Assembly: GCA_017646805.1 (NCBI GenBank)
Contig: JAGCLW010000053.1
Location: forward strand, 22,088-86,087
DNA from: Paludibacteraceae bacterium
GTDB lineage: Bacteria; Bacteroidota; Bacteroidia; Bacteroidales; Paludibacteraceae
Direction: 5' to 3'
Length of the DNA stretch: 64,000 nt
Made by a program: the position numbers and the translations under genes
Notes under the pieces: model-generated
The model's database searches: none
The model's input: only the letters and a program-made list of their open reading frames with translations
What the model was told of the DNA's origin: nothing
Shown here: piece by piece, positions 60,570 to 64,000 of the stretch
How the letters are laid out: each line of letters opens with the position of its first letter
Numbering within the stretch: position 1 is the stretch's first letter

Positions 60570-60971
60570 TTAATCGTTAGTACTTTTAGTATCCACAAAT
60601 ATAGTAACGTGATTAGAACGTTTACGAATTCTATATCCTCTACCTTGAGGTGCTGTTTGAAGTCTTTTCAACATACGTGCCGAATCAACCGAAATAGCAC
60701 TTACATACAAAGTAGCATCTTCCGCTTTTTGAGAAGTTTTTTGTTCCCAATTAGCAATTGCTGAACGCAAAAGTTTTTCTAATTTATTAGAAGCCTCTTT
60801 AGTAGAATACTTCAATACACCAAGAGCTTTTGTAACTTCCATTCCACGAATAAGATCTGCCATAAGACGCATCTTACGTGGAGACGTTGGAACATTGTTC
60901 AACTTAGCGAAGTATTGTTGTTTTTGGGCTTCTTTTCGTCTTTCTGCAGACAATCTTTTTCTTTTACCCAT
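60570..60971 (-). CDS. rplV: 50S ribosomal protein L22
   Basis: Contains [17 protein letters not shown] and [18 protein letters not shown]. Confidence 0.95.
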   Translation of the reverse strand: MGKRKRLSAERRKEAQKQQYFAKLNNVPTSPRKMRLMADLIRGMEVTKALGVLKYSTKEASNKLEKLLRSAIANWEQKTSQKAEDATLYVSAISVDSARMLKRLQTAPQGRGYRIRKRSNHVTIFVDTKSTND

Positions 60972-61018
60972 TTTCTATTTGAGATTTTTTATTAAACTAC
61001 TTATGAGAACTAAGAAGA

Positions 61019-61285
61019 TTATTTCTTCTTGCCTCCATGACCACGGAAGTTACGAGTAGGAGCAAATTCTCCCAACTTGTGACCTACCATATTTTCAGTT
61101 ACATAAACTGGGATAAATTTATTTCCATTATGAACTGCAATTGTGTGACCTACAAAATCTGGTGAAATCATCGAAGCACGAGCCCAAGTTTTTATAACTA
61201 CTTTCTTGCCTGATTCATTCATATCTAAAACTTTCTTTTCAAGTTTAAGATTGATGTAAGGTCCTTTTTTTAATGAACGACTCAT
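61019..61285 (-). CDS. rpsS: 30S ribosomal protein S19
   Basis: Begins [11 protein letters not shown] and contains [32 protein letters not shown]. Confidence 0.95.
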   Translation of the reverse strand: MSRSLKKGPYINLKLEKKVLDMNESGKKVVIKTWARASMISPDFVGHTIAVHNGNKFIPVYVTENMVGHKLGEFAPTRNFRGHGGKKK

Positions 61286-61305
61286 ATTATCTAATAATTT
61301 TCAGA

Positions 61306-62130
61306 TTATTTTTTTCTTCTTTCAATAATATATTTGCTTGAAGCTTTTTTAGGTGCTCTTGTCTTATAACCCTTAGCCAACAAGCCTTTACGAGAGCGTG
61401 GGTGTCCACCTGATGCACGACCTTCACCACCTCCCATTGGGTGATCTACTGGGTTCATTACAACACCACGAACACGTGGACGACGACCCAACCATCTTGA
61501 ACGACCTGCTTTTCCAGATTTTTCAAGTGCGTGATCAGAATTTCCTACACTACCGATAGTCGCTTTACATGCACAAAGAATCTTACGAATTTCACCAGAA
61601 GGTAATTTAATAATTGCATAATTATCTTCTCTAGAAGTTAATTGAGCAAAAGAACCAGCTGAACGAACCATCGCAGCTCCTTGTCCTGGATTCATTTCAA
61701 TATTATGAATAATTGTACCCAAAGGAATCACTTGCAATGGAAGTGCATTACCTACTTCAGGAAGAGCTTCTGCTCCCGACATTACTGTTTGTCCTACTTG
61801 CAAACCATTAGGTGCAAGAATGTAACGTTTTTCACCATCAGCATAGAACAAAAGAGCAATACGAGCAGATCTATTTGGATCATACTCGATAGTCTTCACT
61901 GTTGCAGGAACACCATCTTTATTTCTTTTAAAGTCAATTACTCTATACTTTCTCTTGTGACCACCACCAATGTAGCGCATAGTCATCTTACCGTCATTAT
62001 TACGTCCCCCTGTTTTAGAAGAACCTCTGACAAGAGATTTTTCTGGAACTGATGAAGTAATTGTGTCAAAAGTTCCAATAATTTTGTGTCTTTGACCCGG
62101 AGTTATGGGTCTTAATTTACGTACAGCCAT
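61306..62130 (-). CDS. rplB: 50S ribosomal protein L2
   Basis: Begins [15 protein letters not shown] and contains GGGHKRKYR and [15 protein letters not shown]. Confidence 0.95.
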   Translation of the reverse strand: MAVRKLRPITPGQRHKIIGTFDTITSSVPEKSLVRGSSKTGGRNNDGKMTMRYIGGGHKRKYRVIDFKRNKDGVPATVKTIEYDPNRSARIALLFYADGEKRYILAPNGLQVGQTVMSGAEALPEVGNALPLQVIPLGTIIHNIEMNPGQGAAMVRSAGSFAQLTSREDNYAIIKLPSGEIRKILCACKATIGSVGNSDHALEKSGKAGRSRWLGRRPRVRGVVMNPVDHPMGGGEGRASGGHPRSRKGLLAKGYKTRAPKKASSKYIIERRKK

Positions 62131-62136
62131 TTTTTA

Positions 62137-62427
62137 TTAAATATTGCTATAAAAATCTATTTTATCTCCTTCTTTCAACGAAACAATTGCTTTTTTAAAT
62201 TTAGATGTTGATCCGTTGATAATACCACCCTTTGTATATCGAGATTTTTTCTTTCCCGGCATAATAAGGGTATTTACTGATTCTACAGTTACATTATACA
62301 CTTGTTCAACTGCTTGTTTGATTTGAATCTTATTAGCGTTGATATCAACAATAAAACCATACTTATTGAACTTTTCAGTAAGTTCGGTCATTTTTTCTGT
62401 AACTATAGGTTTGATAATGATTGCCAT
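62137..62427 (-). CDS. rplW: 50S ribosomal protein L23
   Basis: 96 aa, containing IIKPIVTEKMT and FIVDINANKIQIKQAVE. Confidence 0.92.
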   Translation of the reverse strand: MAIIIKPIVTEKMTELTEKFNKYGFIVDINANKIQIKQAVEQVYNVTVESVNTLIMPGKKKSRYTKGGIINGSTSKFKKAIVSLKEGDKIDFYSNI

Positions 62428-62441
62428 CGTATACTATCTCC

Positions 62442-63071
62442 TTATGCTTTAAAGATTTGTTCAATTACAGAAAGAGATGCTTCGTCCATAACAAGTGCAT
62501 TTGCATTAAGCACTTTATATGTATTTAGTTCTGAAGCTAAAATCACTTCTGCATTTTTAAGATTGCGAGCCGACAAATATACATTTTTATTTTGTTCAGG
62601 AATAACAATTAACAATTTTTTTCCTGCAACATTCAAACTATTTGCCATTGCTACGATTTCTTTTGTTTTAGGAGCATCAAATGCGATGGTATCAACAACA
62701 ACGATTGCATCTTCTTTTGCTTTATATGATAAAGCTGATTTACGAGCAAGTTGTTTAACTTTCTTATTTAATTTGAAAGAATAATCGCGAGGTACTGGAC
62801 CAAATACACGACCTCCACCAACAAGAACTGGAGAATTGATATCACCACGACGAGCACCACCGCCACCTTTTTGACGACCTAACTTTCTTGTACTACCAGA
62901 AACTTCACTTCTTTCTTTTGATTTGTGAGTTCCTTGTCTTTTATTAGCCAAATATTGTTTTACATCTAAATAGATAGCGTGATCGTTTGGCTCCAACGCA
63001 TAGATAGAGTCATTCAACACAACTTTTCTACCTGTATCTTCTCCTTTGATGTTATATACACTAAGTTCCAT
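62442..63071 (-). CDS. rplD: 50S ribosomal protein L4
   Basis: Contains [33 protein letters not shown]. Confidence 0.95.
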   Translation of the reverse strand: MELSVYNIKGEDTGRKVVLNDSIYALEPNDHAIYLDVKQYLANKRQGTHKSKERSEVSGSTRKLGRQKGGGGARRGDINSPVLVGGGRVFGPVPRDYSFKLNKKVKQLARKSALSYKAKEDAIVVVDTIAFDAPKTKEIVAMANSLNVAGKKLLIVIPEQNKNVYLSARNLKNAEVILASELNTYKVLNANALVMDEASLSVIEQIFKA

Positions 63072-63073
63072 TC

Positions 63074-63691
63074 TTATTTATTGATAATTACGATTGAACC
63101 TTTAGCTCCTGGTACAGAGCCTTTAACTAACACAAGGTTGTGTTCAGGAATAACCTTTAACACTTGAAGATTTTGTACAGTAACGCGGTCTCCTCCTGTA
63201 CGTCCTGCCATACGCATACCTTTAAATACACGAGAAGGATAAGACGATGCACCCAAAGAACCTGGAGCACGAAGACGATTGTGTTGACCATGAGTAGTTT
63301 GACCTACTCCTCCAAAACCATGACGTTTTACAACACCTTGGAATCCTTTACCTTTCGAAGTACCAATTACATCAACCCATTCTGTATCAGCAAAAAGCTC
63401 TACATTGATTTCTTGTCCTAATTGATATTCTCCTTCAAAATCTTTGAACTCAGCCAAGTGTCTCTTTGGTGTTACTCCTGCCTTATTAAAATGACCCATT
63501 TCTGCTTTGTTTGTATGCTTTTCTTTTTGGTCTTGAAAACCAAGTTGAAGAGCTGCATAGCCATCTTTTTCAACAGTTTTAATTTGTGTAACAACACAAG
63601 GACCAGCTTCGATAACAGTGCATGGAACATTTTTTCCATCGGCACTGAAAACGGAAGTCATTCCGATTTTTTTTCCTAATAATCCTGGCAT
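63074..63691 (-). CDS. rplC: 50S ribosomal protein L3
   Basis: Begins [15 protein letters not shown] and contains [17 protein letters not shown]. Confidence 0.95.
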   Translation of the reverse strand: MPGLLGKKIGMTSVFSADGKNVPCTVIEAGPCVVTQIKTVEKDGYAALQLGFQDQKEKHTNKAEMGHFNKAGVTPKRHLAEFKDFEGEYQLGQEINVELFADTEWVDVIGTSKGKGFQGVVKRHGFGGVGQTTHGQHNRLRAPGSLGASSYPSRVFKGMRMAGRTGGDRVTVQNLQVLKVIPEHNLVLVKGSVPGAKGSIVIINK

Positions 63692-63715
63692 TTCAATTAA
63701 TTTTTTTTAATAAAA

Positions 63716-64000
63716 CTACACTTTAATCTCTACTTCAACTCCACTTGGCAACTCTAATTTCATCAATGCATCGACAGTTTTAGCTGTTGAACTATAAATG
63801 TCGATTAATCTTTTATACGATGAAAGTTCGAATTGTTCGCGTGACTTCTTATTAACAAAAGTTGAACGCAAAACTGTAAATACTCGCTTGTGTGTTGGAA
63901 GAGGAATTGGTCCACTAACCACAGCACCTGTAGCTTTCACTGTTTTAACAATCTTCTCAGCAGACTTGTCAACCAAGTTGTGATCGTAAGATTTAAGTTT
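63716..64000 (-). CDS. rpsJ: 30S ribosomal protein S10, 5'-truncated by window edge
   Basis: The frame is open to base 64000 (...[18 protein letters not shown]...). It ends ...[13 protein letters not shown]. Confidence 0.93.
   Translation of the reverse strand, partial: KLKSYDHNLVDKSAEKIVKTVKATGAVVSGPIPLPTHKRVFTVLRSTFVNKKSREQFELSSYKRLIDIYSSTAKTVDALMKLELPSGVEVEIKV

Noticed and set aside
1-64000. A window-wide search for CRISPR arrays, restriction-modification, toxin-antitoxin, abortive-infection, retron/reverse-transcriptase, STAND/AAA+ NTPase-nuclease pairs, transposases and prophage genes.
   Set aside because: No regularly spaced direct repeats were seen. No ORF of 60 aa or more has nuclease, methylase, RT, integrase or phage-structural motifs I could recognise. 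All sizeable ORFs are accounted for by housekeeping, glycan or adhesin genes.

Overview
This is a low-GC chromosome segment of Bacteroidota type, most likely order Bacteroidales. Hand counts on 60-nt samples give about 28-40 % GC in metabolic genes and 40-50 % in ribosomal and adhesin genes. The lineage call rests on TAnnTTTG -7 promoter boxes, absent Shine-Dalgarno sequences, T9SS C-terminal sorting domains, an archaeal/eukaryote-type ProRS, and map inside the spc/alpha ribosomal cluster. From left to right the window holds: (1) the tail of a surface-glycan cluster (GT1, FemAB-like, hexapeptide acetyltransferase, DUF354, GHL10 hydrolase-like, MurU-like nucleotidyltransferase); (2) lrgAB, an RluA-family synthase and rlmB; (3) a BspA-type LRR protein; (4) tRNA-Met(CAT) and tRNA-Asp; (5) a two-gene adhesin operon ending in a T9SS type-B cargo; (6) leuA-leuC-leuD-(leuA paralogue)-leuB; (7) tRNA-Lys; (8) an AmgK-like kinase fused to a RapZ C-terminal domain, then proS and a CNNM-type transporter; (9) rplS, a HAD phosphatase and asd; (10) a small envelope operon; (11) priA, recJ and smpB; (12) a three-gene surface locus dominated by a ~2,978-aa T9SS type-A cargo; (13) the S10-spc-alpha ribosomal cluster from rpsJ (5' end cut by the window) to rplQ, including rpmD and rpmJ, which are too short for the ORF track. 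I saw no CRISPR array, transposase, integrase, phage gene or recognisable defence or toxin module, so most of the window is ordinary core genome. The candidates for something undescribed are modest. They are two surface loci sharing one layout (a secreted protein without a sorting domain encoded directly upstream of a large T9SS cargo), a small protein with a sorting-signal-like tail, the kinase-RapZ-CTD fusion, and a 334-bp structured spacer that splits the spc operon between rpsN and rpsH. All family calls come from motif recognition by eye. No database search was possible.
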